From contig OY970399.1 of NCBI GenBank assembly GCA_963720545.1, positions 576,001 to 640,000 of the forward strand: DNA of 64,000 nt, given 5' to 3'. The notes beneath the pieces were generated by a model. That model did no database searches. It was not told where the DNA came from and was given only the letters and a program-made list of their open reading frames with translations. Made by a program: the position numbers and the translations under genes. Every line of letters starts with the position of its first letter. Positions within the stretch are counted from its first letter, which is position 1. This DNA comes from an uncultured Acidobacteriota bacterium (GTDB lineage Bacteria; Acidobacteriota; Vicinamibacteria; Fen-336). Positions 30,043-43,702 of this stretch are shown in pieces.

Positions 30043-30061
30043 GGCGAGAGTATATCGGCCT

Positions 30062-30610
30062 TCAGAAGAGCTTCCTGTGCAGCTCGGGCGACGCCAGCAC
30101 CACGTCGCGGACGACCTCCACCCAGGTGTCGCGCGCGCCTTGCGGCAGCACATGGTGCGCGATCTTCTTCTCGGCCAGCAGCGAGTCGACGAGCTCGTCG
30201 ATCGAACGCATGAAGAACTGGTCCGTGTCGCGGAAGCCGTCGTCCCGCCCCGGCCCGGAGAGCGGCACCTTGAAGAGCAGGTCGTAGCTCTTCATCCAGT
30301 AGTCGACGAAGCGCTCGATGCCCTTCTGTCGGCCGCAGGCGAGCACCATGTAGGCGTAGTTGTCGAGCACGCTGCGGTCGCACACGACCACCTGGTGGTG
30401 CGCCGCCGAGCGGATCTCCTCGGCCACCTGGGTGGTGAGGATCCAGGTCTGCGCGTCGCGCGAAGTCTTGCGGTTGATCGGCAACGGCGAGAGCCGCGCC
30501 ACTTCCTTGACGATGTCCACGTGGATGTCGCGGCGCTTCAGCAGGGCCGCGACGTCGTAGCAAAGCGTCGTCTTGCCGACGCCGTGCGAGCCGATGAACG
30601 CCAGTTTCAA
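30062..30610 (-). CDS. P-loop kinase/ATPase (AAA_28, NadR/Ttd14-like)
   Basis: Walker A FIGSHGVGKTT, EVAR, VVCDRSVLDNYAY and YDLLF. Confidence 0.8.
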   Translation of the reverse strand: MKLAFIGSHGVGKTTLCYDVAALLKRRDIHVDIVKEVARLSPLPINRKTSRDAQTWILTTQVAEEIRSAAHHQVVVCDRSVLDNYAYMVLACGRQKGIERFVDYWMKSYDLLFKVPLSGPGRDDGFRDTDQFFMRSIDELVDSLLAEKKIAHHVLPQGARDTWVEVVRDVVLASPELHRKLF

Positions 30611-30617
30611 GTGCGCG

Positions 30618-32714
30618 TCAGCTCGCGGTGTCGGCGGAGCGGGCCTTGCGGTAGAGGACGTAACAGATGAAGAGGAACGTGGCGAGCCCGAACAGCGAGC
30701 TCGCGAGCAGCGACGCCGGCAGGTGGCGGCCGAGGTTCAGCAGTTCGCCGGCGCGCTGCACCCGCGGATGGTCGAACTGCAGCAGCGCGTAGACGAGGCC
30801 CATCAGCGATCCGCCTGCGATCAGGCCGGAGCTGAAGAGCACGCCCGGGCCCGCGTCCGACTCGACGTCGCTGCCGCGCTTGCGATCGACGAGTGCCCGC
30901 ACCAGGCCGCCGGCGAACACCGGCGCCGTGGATTCGAGCGGCAGGTAGACGCCGACCGCGAAAGCGAGGGACGGCACGCCGATGATCTCCATCAGCACCG
31001 AGATGAAGACGCCGATCATCACCAGCCCCCAGGGCAGCTGCCGTGTCAGGATGCCGTCGATCACCAGGCTCATGAGCCGCGCCTGCGGCGCCGGCGCCTT
31101 CTGCGAGCCAATGCCCTCGACCACCTGGTAGTGCACCGCGCCTTCTGCGTCGGCCAGGTACTTGCCGTTCGGCACGCCGGGAATGCCGCCCACCGCGCGG
31201 CGGAAATAGGATCGGCCGTCGGGGCCGGCTTCGCGCGCGGCACCGGGATCGGGCGGCAGGCGGAAGTCGAATTGCGCCGGCACGGTGCGCGACAGCGCCC
31301 GGTTCATCAGCATCACCGTGCCGCCGATGAAGAAGACGCAGGTGACGACGCCGACGACGAGGGCAACCTGTTGCTTCCACGGCGTCGCGCCCACCAGGTA
31401 GCCCGCCTTCAGGTCCTGGCTGGTGGTGCCGGCGTTGCTCGAGGCGATGCAGACGACGGCGCCGATCGCGAGCGCCGCCGCCGTCTCCTGGTGGCCGGTG
31501 CGGCCGAGCAGCACGAAGATGACGCAGGTGCCCATGAGCGTTGCGATCGCCATGCCGCTGATCGGGCAGTTGGACGAGCCGACCTCGCCGGTGATGCGCG
31601 AGGCGACCACGGAGAAGAAGAAGCCGAACAGCACGATCAGCACCGCGGACAGCAAGCCGACATTGAGCTGCGGCACCAGCGTCATGACGAGCGCCAGCGC
31701 CGCGGAGCCGACCAGCACCACCGAGATCGGGATGTCGCGCTCGGTGCGCTTGCCACCGGCCTTGAAGAAGCCGGAAGACTTGCGCAGGTCGGCGAACGAG
31801 GCGCGGAACGAGTCGATGATGGTGGGCAGCGCCTTGGCGAGCCCGATGATGCCGCCCGCCGCCACCGCGCCCGCGCCGATGTAGCGGATGTAGTAGTTCC
31901 AGATGTCGTCGGCGCTCATCGCGCCGATCAGGATCGGCGCCGGGTAGAGGACCGCGGCGCGGCCCTCGCCGAACAGCGCTATCGCCGGAATCAGCACCAG
32001 CGAGGCGAGGGCGCCGCCGCCCACCATCAGCGCCGACGAGCGGTAGCCAATGACATAGCCGACGCCGAGGAGCGCCGGATCGGTATCGAGGCGCACGCGG
32101 GCGGTGCGGTGGTAGAAGTTCAGGACGCGCTCGGGGTACTCGTTCCAGAGCCCGAGCACCACGTTCATCAGCTTGTAGGCGGCGCCGAAGAAGAGGCCCG
32201 AGAAAACCAGTTCCGCCTGCCGCCCGCCCTTCTCGCCGGAGATCAGGACCTCGCCGCAGGCGGTGCCCTCGGGGTAGGTGAGCGTGCCGTGCTCCTTGAC
32301 GATGAGGTAGCGGCGCAGCGGGATCATCATCAGGATACCGAGCAGGCCGCCGATGAGCGCCAGCACAGTGGTGCGAGTCCAGTCGAGCTCGAAGCCGAGG
32401 AAGATGAGCGCGGGTATCGAGAAGATCACGCCGCCCGCGATCGACTCGCCGGCCGAGCCCGCGGTCTGCACGATGTTGTTCTCGAGGATCGAAGCCTGCG
32501 AACCGAGCCACTTCGAGGCCCAGCGGAAGATGGTGATCGACAGGACCGCAACCGGGATGGAAGCCGAAACCGTGAGCCCCACCTTCAGGCCGAGGTAGGT
32601 CGAGGAGAAGCCGAAGACGATGCCGAGGACCGAGCCGAGGATGAGGGCGCGGATGGTGAGCTCCGGCAGGTCGAGCTCGTCGGGCACGTACGGCTTGAAA
32701 CTCGACGCAGCCAC
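30618..32714 (-). CDS. OPT-family oligopeptide transporter (YSL-like bacterial clade)
   Basis: ELTIRA, YLGLKVG..VSASIP, ILENNIVQT, YPEGTAC, GSSNCPISG, QDLKAGYLVGATPWKQQ, APQA and SGLIAG; RBS GGAGG before GTG 32714. Confidence 0.95.
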   Translation of the reverse strand: MAASSFKPYVPDELDLPELTIRALILGSVLGIVFGFSSTYLGLKVGLTVSASIPVAVLSITIFRWASKWLGSQASILENNIVQTAGSAGESIAGGVIFSIPALIFLGFELDWTRTTVLALIGGLLGILMMIPLRRYLIVKEHGTLTYPEGTACGEVLISGEKGGRQAELVFSGLFFGAAYKLMNVVLGLWNEYPERVLNFYHRTARVRLDTDPALLGVGYVIGYRSSALMVGGGALASLVLIPAIALFGEGRAAVLYPAPILIGAMSADDIWNYYIRYIGAGAVAAGGIIGLAKALPTIIDSFRASFADLRKSSGFFKAGGKRTERDIPISVVLVGSAALALVMTLVPQLNVGLLSAVLIVLFGFFFSVVASRITGEVGSSNCPISGMAIATLMGTCVIFVLLGRTGHQETAAALAIGAVVCIASSNAGTTSQDLKAGYLVGATPWKQQVALVVGVVTCVFFIGGTVMLMNRALSRTVPAQFDFRLPPDPGAAREAGPDGRSYFRRAVGGIPGVPNGKYLADAEGAVHYQVVEGIGSQKAPAPQARLMSLVIDGILTRQLPWGLVMIGVFISVLMEIIGVPSLAFAVGVYLPLESTAPVFAGGLVRALVDRKRGSDVESDAGPGVLFSSGLIAGGSLMGLVYALLQFDHPRVQRAGELLNLGRHLPASLLASSLFGLATFLFICYVLYRKARSADTAS

Positions 32715-32739
32715 AATCACCTCCGGGGGCGGTCGGGGG

Positions 32740-32749
32740 ATTCTATAAT
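32740..32749. promoter_or_regulatory. Overlapping divergent -10 elements
   Basis: TATAAT on + (32744-32749) and TAGAAT on - (32740-32745) in the 45-bp gap between divergent genes. Confidence 0.55.
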
Positions 32750-32759
32750 CCGCTTTGCA

Positions 32760-33071
32760 GTGACCGAGGTGCTCCAGCCGTACGACAAGCTGTTTCCGCT
32801 CGTGGTCCTTGGCAAGGTCCTCGAGGTTCCGGAGAACAACCTCCTCCTGCGCCAGCTGCAGTTCGTCGCTCCCGAGGTGGGCTACGGCCGCTACTGCTGG
32901 AACGGCGAGTGCCGGTACTGCGAGGTCCGCTACCGTCTCGGTGACGGGCCCGAATTCGCAGGCCTCGCCTGCCGCATGAAGGGCGCCCCGGGGATGGTTC
33001 TCACGAAGCTCGCCGCTGAGATTCGAGTCAACATTCGCCCGGTCCTCGACCAAGCAGAGGCAGTTAAATAA
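32760..33071 (+). CDS. Small 2Fe-2S ferredoxin-like protein
   Basis: C-x4-C-x2-C-x16-C (CWNGECRYC..LAC) and a beta-grasp-like N-terminus, 103 aa. Confidence 0.7.
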   Translation: MTEVLQPYDKLFPLVVLGKVLEVPENNLLLRQLQFVAPEVGYGRYCWNGECRYCEVRYRLGDGPEFAGLACRMKGAPGMVLTKLAAEIRVNIRPVLDQAEAVK

Positions 33072-33117
33072 CTGATCAGTAGACATTTGTGCGTCTTTTG
33101 AGATTTATGCGCCATCT

Positions 33118-33136
33118 ATGAGTGTCTAAGACTCAT
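33118..33136. promoter_or_regulatory. HAIR-like (HspR) operator
   Basis: ATGAGT-N7-ACTCAT versus the HAIR consensus TTGAGT-N7-ACTCAA, just upstream of the dnaK promoter. Confidence 0.65.
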
Positions 33137-33145
33137 GTTTCTTGC

Positions 33146-33173
33146 TTGACATTCGCTAATCCTGGCCTATATT
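33146..33173 (+). promoter_or_regulatory. Sigma70-type promoter of dnaK
   Basis: TTGACA (33146-33151), 16-nt spacer, TATATT (33168-33173). Confidence 0.7.
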
Positions 33174-33231
33174 TGCTGTCGACGCTCCGGCCCGCCGGGG
33201 CAAAATCCTGAGTGAAGGGACACCCACAGAT

Positions 33232-35151
<1,920 letters not shown>

Positions 35152-35170
35152 GAAAGAGGGAAAGGAGCCA

Positions 35171-35638
35171 ATGAAAATGGCAATCGTTCGTTTCGATCCG
35201 TTCAGGGACATGCTGACGCTGCAGGAGCGAATGAACCGGCTCTTCGACGAATCGGTTCGCACCATCGGCCGCCCCGGCGCCGAGGAGGATTGGAGCATGG
35301 GCGCGTGGTCTCCCGCGGTCGACATCTACGAGCAGAACGGCAGCATCGTGCTGAAGGCCGAACTGCCTGGCGTCGAGCCGAAGGACGTGGACGTGCGCGT
35401 CGAGAACAACGTGCTCACGCTGCGCGGCGAGCGCAAGCTCGAGGGCGAAGTGAAGCGCGAGAGCTATCACCGCATCGAGCGTTCCTACGGCGGCTTCACG
35501 CGCGCCTTCACCCTGCCGGCGGCGGTAGACACCGACAAGATCAAGGCGGAGTACAAGGACGGCGTGCTGCGCATGACGCTGCCCAAGCGCGACGAAGCCA
35601 AGCCGAAGCAGATCGCGATCGACGTGGCGCGCGGCTGA
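35171..35638 (+). CDS. Small heat-shock protein (Hsp20/alpha-crystallin)
   Basis: WSPAVDIYE, AELPGV, ERSYGGFTRAFTLP and AEYKDGVL..LPK; RBS AGGAG. Confidence 0.97.
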   Translation: MKMAIVRFDPFRDMLTLQERMNRLFDESVRTIGRPGAEEDWSMGAWSPAVDIYEQNGSIVLKAELPGVEPKDVDVRVENNVLTLRGERKLEGEVKRESYHRIERSYGGFTRAFTLPAAVDTDKIKAEYKDGVLRMTLPKRDEAKPKQIAIDVARG

Positions 35639-35922
35639 CGATGCGCCTGGCGGCCGGCACGGCGCTGCAAAATGCTCCTTCGTACGCGGCATTGACGCAG
35701 CCTGCCGGCGCCAGCGCTTCCCGAAAGAGGACAGCCGCCGAACCGGAACAGCACCATCCCCGATTGGCGGCGCCGATTCGGGGGCTTGGTTCGTTCGCCA
35801 AGCTACTGACAGCCAGGCACTTAGCGCGGCGGACACCTTTTGACAACGGCTTGCCGCAAGTCACAACCGGTATTCGTAACAACGACGTCTAATTCGTTCG
35901 ACGAGCGCAACCGATCGGTCCC

Positions 35923-35938
35923 TGGAACACGGTTTGCA
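35923..35938 (+). promoter_or_regulatory. Candidate sigma54 (-24/-12) promoter upstream of the degP-like gene
   Basis: TGGAACACGGTTTGCA, with exact GG-N10-GC spacing and a TTGCA -12 box. Confidence 0.6.
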
Positions 35939-36018
35939 CGCATGGCAGGCACGATGCTTCCGGGACAGAAGGCTGGCACAGGCAGATGAGCTGGGTGACA
36001 TCGAAAGAGGGTTCGAGA

Positions 36019-37548
36019 ATGAACATGGGCAGCCGCACACTTGCGTCGTTCCTGGCCGTCGCGGCAGCGGCGACCGGACTCGGCGCGCTGGTGCAGTCCC
36101 GTGCCCAGGCCGGCAGCCCTGCGGCCGCCTCCCCTGCTTCGGCCGCCGCTGCCGGCGCGCCCGCGGCCGGCAGCGCGCCGCTCACTTTCGACACCTTCCG
36201 CATCATCGCCCGTGAGCGCAACGCCGGTGTCGTCAACATCAGCACCCGCAAGACCGTGCGCGCGCCGCGGGTGCAGTCGCCGTTCGACTTCTTCGGCGAC
36301 GACTTCTTCAACCAGCGCCGCCGCCAGCAGCCGCGGCAGGACAACGACCGCCGCCAGCAGGACGACGACGGCGGACGGTCGTTCTCCGCCAGCAACCTCG
36401 GCTCGGGCTTCGTCATCGACAACCAGGGCTTCATCCTCACCAACCGCCACGTCATCGACGACGTGGACGACATCACGGTCAACCTGGCGAACGGCCACGA
36501 GTACCCCGCGAAGCTCATCGGCAAGGACTCGCGCACCGACGTGGCGCTCATCAAGATCGAGCCCAAGGAGCCGCTCACGGCACTCGAGCTCGGCGACTCG
36601 GAGCAGGCCGAGGTCGGCGAGTGGGTGATGGCGATCGGGCAGCCGTTCGGCCTCGGCAACACCGTCACGGTCGGCGTCGTTTCCTTCAAGGGACGCGACA
36701 TCACCGTCGGCGACCGCAACACCAGCGTCGCCACCATCCAGACGGACGCCGCGATCAATCCCGGCAATTCCGGCGGTCCGCTCCTCAACACCCGCGGCCA
36801 GGTCATCGGCATCAACACCATGATCGCGACCGGCGGCGGCCAGCAGAATGCCGGGGTCGGCTTCGCCGTGGCGATCAACGCCGCGAAGCAGATCCTGCCG
36901 CAGCTGCGCGAGAAGGGTCGCGTCATCCGCGGCTGGATGGGCGTTTCGGTGCGCAGCCTCGACGACGACCTGGCGGCGACCTACGGCTTGAAGGAGGCGG
37001 GCGGCGCGCTCGTCAGCGACGTCACCGCCGGCAGCCCGGCCGAGAAGGCCGGTTTCCAGCCCGAGGACGTGGTGGTCGAAGCCGATGGCCGTCCGGTGAA
37101 GACGAGCGGCGAGCTCACCAACTACGTCGCGAGCCTGGCGCCCGGCACCGCCGTCAAGGTGAAGGTGCTGCGCGGCAACGCCACCAACATCAAGAACCTG
37201 ACCGTGACGCTCGGGACGTTCCCCGAGGAAGCGGCGCCTGCCGAGACCGACAACGACTCCAAGGCATCGCTCGGCATGCGGCTGCGCGACATCACGCCGG
37301 CGATGGCCGACCAGAACGAGGTGCCGCGCGGCACCAAGGGCGTGCTGGTCAGCGACGTGGAGCCGGGCGGCGCGGCGGAGCGCGCCGGGATCGCGGCCGA
37401 CGACATCCTGGTGAGCGTCAACGGCGTTTCGATCGAGACCGTGGCGCAGTTCCAGGCCGAGGTGGCGAAGGCCAAGTCCGCAGGCATCGCCCGGGTGAGG
37501 GTCAAGCGCGGGCAGCAGTACTTCATTGCCGCATTGAGGGTTTCATAA
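36019..37548 (+). CDS. degP: DegP/HtrA (Do-family) serine protease with 2 PDZ domains
   Basis: GSGFVI, LTNRHVI, TDVALIK and IQTDAAINPGNSGGPL; two PDZ repeats. Confidence 0.95.
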   Translation: MNMGSRTLASFLAVAAAATGLGALVQSRAQAGSPAAASPASAAAAGAPAAGSAPLTFDTFRIIARERNAGVVNISTRKTVRAPRVQSPFDFFGDDFFNQRRRQQPRQDNDRRQQDDDGGRSFSASNLGSGFVIDNQGFILTNRHVIDDVDDITVNLANGHEYPAKLIGKDSRTDVALIKIEPKEPLTALELGDSEQAEVGEWVMAIGQPFGLGNTVTVGVVSFKGRDITVGDRNTSVATIQTDAAINPGNSGGPLLNTRGQVIGINTMIATGGGQQNAGVGFAVAINAAKQILPQLREKGRVIRGWMGVSVRSLDDDLAATYGLKEAGGALVSDVTAGSPAEKAGFQPEDVVVEADGRPVKTSGELTNYVASLAPGTAVKVKVLRGNATNIKNLTVTLGTFPEEAAPAETDNDSKASLGMRLRDITPAMADQNEVPRGTKGVLVSDVEPGGAAERAGIAADDILVSVNGVSIETVAQFQAEVAKAKSAGIARVRVKRGQQYFIAALRVS

Positions 37549-37610
37549 GCGCCGTTACGCAGCCGTCCGTCGAGTCTTCATAGGCCGTTTGGTTGAAGGA
37601 GGAACACATC

Positions 37611-38042
37611 ATGCAGCGCGCACGCATCAAGTCCGCCGACCGGGAGCGCCGGAACACCCTCCGCAAGATGCTCGAGGATCGCAGGAACGAGATCCACGCC
37701 AAGCTCCGCTCGATCCGCGACACCCAGACCGAGGAAGCCGCCGAAGTCCGCGACACCGAGGAACAGAGCGTCGACGACTTCGTGCAGGACGTCGACTTCG
37801 CCCTCATGGAGATGAAGTCGGAGACCCTGCACCGCATCGACGAAGCGCTGCGGCGCGTCGACGCCGGCCTGTACGGCGTTTGCGACGACTGCGGCAACGA
37901 GATCGCCGAGGCGCGGCTCAAGGCAGTGCCGTTCGCGACACTGTGCGTGCGCTGCCAGGAAGACGAGGAATCGACGGCCGCAGTGCAGCGCGAGTTGCGC
38001 ACCCGCGTCGAGCGGGAGGAGCTGACCCTGGCAGCGCGCTAG
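37611..38042 (+). CDS. DksA/TraR C4-type zinc-finger protein
   Basis: Coiled coil followed by IDEAL.RV..GLYGVCDDCGNEIAEARLKAVPFATLCVRC; RBS AAGGAGG. Confidence 0.9.
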   Translation: MQRARIKSADRERRNTLRKMLEDRRNEIHAKLRSIRDTQTEEAAEVRDTEEQSVDDFVQDVDFALMEMKSETLHRIDEALRRVDAGLYGVCDDCGNEIAEARLKAVPFATLCVRCQEDEESTAAVQRELRTRVEREELTLAAR

Positions 38043-38106
38043 ATCCGACACGGTCTTTCGCTCCGGTTCCAGCCGCCCTGCCGTCAAGCCGCACTTTTTT
38101 CGGAGA

Positions 38107-40560
<2,454 letters not shown>

Positions 40561-41928
40561 GCGCACGGCTGTCCCACACGAGCAGCACCGCAAGCGCGGC
40601 GATCCACACCAGCGTCGGCACCGTCCAGGCGGCGGTGCCGGCAAGCGCCGGCAGGTAGTCCCCGAGCGCGAGCCTGCCGCCCAGGGCCTCCCAGAACCGC
40701 GCCGGTCGATCGGCGCGGTTCAGCAGCAGGCGGCCCGACGGATGCCAGGTGGCGAACACGATCACCAGCGTCTGCGCCGCCGTCAGCAGGGTGAGCACGC
40801 GCGCCAGGCGCACGGGCGGTCCCTCGCGGCGCAGTCCGGCGAGGATCGCGAAGAGCGGCAGCGCCGGCACCAGCAGGCGCGCCGGCGGACACATGCCGCC
40901 CCACCACTGCCGCCAGAGGAGCGCCGGCACGACGATGGCGGCGCCGAGTGCAAGCGCGGCGCGCAGCGCCTCAGACGTCGGGCGGCGCGGCAGCCGCCAC
41001 AGCGCCGCCAGCGCGCAGATGAGCGTGGGCGCGTACGGCAGCAGGCCGTACGAGCGGTCCACGAGCAGGCCGACGAGGCTGCGCAGCGGGCTGCCGGTGA
41101 ACAGCGCTCCGCTGGCCCCGCCGTAGATGCCGAACACCGGCGCGAAGCCGCCGAACACGTGCTGCAGGTAACCCAGAAACGCGGCCGCCATCGCGAGCGC
41201 GACCGCCGCGAACACGGCGCGCGCCGCGCCGCGCAGCCGCCATAATGCGACTGCGGCGATGACGGCGGCCGCGGGCAGCATCTTCACGTGCAGCCAGGGC
41301 AGCGCCGCCGCCAGCAGCGCCGCCAGCGCCGCCTGGGCCGTGCCGCGGCTCTGCCAGGCGAGGCGCAGCGCCCACCACGCGCAAAGCGCCGACGGCACCT
41401 CCGTGTAGACGTGGAACGAATAGAAGAAGACGGGCGAGATCATGAGCAGCAGGCCGGCCCACAAGGCGGTGTCGTCGCGGCCCGGTGAAACGAGCCGCGC
41501 CCAGCGCATCGTCTCGGCGACCAGGAGCGCCGCCAGCAGCGACAGCACCAGCACCGCGCCGGGACGGCCCAGCAGGCCGACCGCGGGCGCCAGCAGGAAC
41601 GGCAGGCCGGCGCCGTGCGCCGGATAGGGGCGGCCGTCGCGCCGCGGCCAGCCGTAATGCGGCGCGAGCGCCGGGACGTAGCCGCGAAAGTCCGCGCGCT
41701 CGACGTTGTCGCGCAGGTCGAGGTCGCCCTCGCGCCACAGGCTCTGCGCCATCAGCAGGTAGTGGGGCTCGTCGCCCGACGCCTGCAGGCCGTGCACGTA
41801 ATAGAGGCCCGCGGCGCAGAACAGGAGAAACGCCGCCGCTGCCGCCTTCCACGCGCTCACGCCCCGCCATGCTACCAAAGCGAATTTGACGACGAGCGAC
41901 GATGTCGTTGATGATCATGCGCACCCCG

Positions 41929-43599
41929 ATGAATTGCCACGTGTGTCAGGAGGCCGTCGCGGCCGACGCGCCTCGCTGCCCTTCGTGTGGCGCGAACATG
42001 GCCCTCGGCGTGCTCGAGGTGGTGCGCGGCAACCTCTCCGACCGCATCCACTTCCTGAAGGCACGCGAATACCGCGTCGGCCGCTCGCACCGCAACGACA
42101 TCGTGCTGGCTGAGCCGTCGATCTCCAAGGACCACGCGCGCATCTGGTATACGGAGGGCGCCTTCCACATCGAGGACTGCGGCAGCCGCCACGGCATCCA
42201 CGTGAACGCGGTCAAGGCCGAGGCCGCCGAGCTGACCCACGGCTCGACCATCCAGCTCGGCAACATCACGCTGCGCTTCGCCCTGCTCGGCGACGAGACC
42301 ACCGCGCGCATCGCCGAGTTTCCCTGGATCGAGCAGCAGCAGCTGCTGTTGTCGCTGATCCAGCCGCTCAACTCGAGCCTGGTGCTGAGCGACGTGCTCG
42401 AGCAGGTGCTCGACGCGGTCATGCGCATCACCAAGGCGGAGCGCGGCTACATCCTGCTCTACGACGACTCGCCGGAGGCGTCGCGCTACGCGAGCGTCGG
42501 CGGCCTGCGGCTACGCGTCGGCCGCCAGGAAGAGGGCATGGAGCTGACGCAGGTCGAGGGCATCTCGGTCTCCTCCATCAAGCGCGCGCTCGAGACCGGC
42601 ACCACCGTCGCCACCGGCAACGCCTTCCTCGACCCGCAGTTCGACGCCTCGGAGAGCATCCGCAAGATGGACCTGCGGACCATCGTCTGCATCCCGCTCG
42701 GCACCCCGCACCGCTCGGACGACCTCTCCGACGACGTGCTGATGCACCAGGGCGTCATCTACGTCGACAACCACGTCACCTCGGCGCCGTTCAGCGCCGA
42801 CAGCCTGCGTGCCGCCGAGGCGCTGGCGCGCCACGCCGCCATGGCGATCGACAACGCGCGGCTGTTCGAGGCGGAGCAGCGCACCATCCAGCACCTGCGC
42901 ATCACCCAGAACCAGCTGCTGCAGTCGGAGAAGCTCGCGACCATCGGCAAGATGTCGGCCGGCATCGCGCACGAGCTCAACACCCCGCTCGCCTACATCC
43001 TCGGCAACCTCGAGCTGCTGCAACTGCAGAACCTCACCGAGCAGCAGGGCGAGATGGTGAAGGCCGTGCAGCAGGGCGCCGAGCGCATCCGCGAGATGGC
43101 GCAACGGCTGCTCGACTTCTCGCGCCCCTCGCAGGATGCGCCGGCCGACGCCGACCCCAACCGCCTGCTGGAGCGGGCGCTCGAGCTTTGTTACTACCAG
43201 ATCCGCCGCGGCGGCATCCAGCTGCGCAAGGACCTCGGCGCCGCGCTGCCGCCGATCAAGGCGGTTGCGAACCAGCTGGAGATGGCGTTCACCAACCTCA
43301 TCATCAACGCGGTGCAGGCGATGCCGAACGGCGGCAGCCTCACGGTCTCCTCCATGCTCGAAGGCGGCAGCGTGCGGCTCGCGTTCACCGACACCGGCGT
43401 CGGCATCCCGGAGAAGATCCGCCCGACGCTGTTCGAGCCGTTCGTCACCACCAAACCCGCCGGCAAGGGCACCGGCCTGGGGCTCTCGACCGTGCTCATG
43501 ATCATCGAGAGCCACAAGGGCCGCATCGACTTCACCACCGAATCCGGCGTCGGCACCACCTTCAACGTGTTCCTGCCAGTTGAGGCGGCGGCGAGCTAG
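41929..43599 (+). CDS. Cytoplasmic histidine kinase: zinc ribbon-FHA-GAF-HisKA-HATPase
   Basis: CHVC..CPSC; VGRS..NDIV..SISKDHA (FHA); GAF with IVCIPL..GVIYVD; QSEKLATIG..AHELNTP; FEPFVTTK..GTGLGL. Confidence 0.92.
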   Translation: MNCHVCQEAVAADAPRCPSCGANMALGVLEVVRGNLSDRIHFLKAREYRVGRSHRNDIVLAEPSISKDHARIWYTEGAFHIEDCGSRHGIHVNAVKAEAAELTHGSTIQLGNITLRFALLGDETTARIAEFPWIEQQQLLLSLIQPLNSSLVLSDVLEQVLDAVMRITKAERGYILLYDDSPEASRYASVGGLRLRVGRQEEGMELTQVEGISVSSIKRALETGTTVATGNAFLDPQFDASESIRKMDLRTIVCIPLGTPHRSDDLSDDVLMHQGVIYVDNHVTSAPFSADSLRAAEALARHAAMAIDNARLFEAEQRTIQHLRITQNQLLQSEKLATIGKMSAGIAHELNTPLAYILGNLELLQLQNLTEQQGEMVKAVQQGAERIREMAQRLLDFSRPSQDAPADADPNRLLERALELCYYQIRRGGIQLRKDLGAALPPIKAVANQLEMAFTNLIINAVQAMPNGGSLTVSSMLEGGSVRLAFTDTGVGIPEKIRPTLFEPFVTTKPAGKGTGLGLSTVLMIIESHKGRIDFTTESGVGTTFNVFLPVEAAAS

Positions 43600-43702
43600 G
43601 CACAGCCGGCGCGGCGTGGCTCGCCAGCCTGCCCGCGTTGCGCGGCCGCCACAGCGAGACGTACGCTGCGCCGCAAGTCGTTGATCCGCATGTCGCGCGT
43701 CC

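Noticed and set aside
14222..31000. Many long overlapping ORFs (e.g. 14222-16963, 24616-27594, 19814-22135, 28562-30670)
   Set aside because: They are Arg/Ala/Gly-rich antisense or off-frame shadows of clearly identified genes, as expected at about 70% GC.
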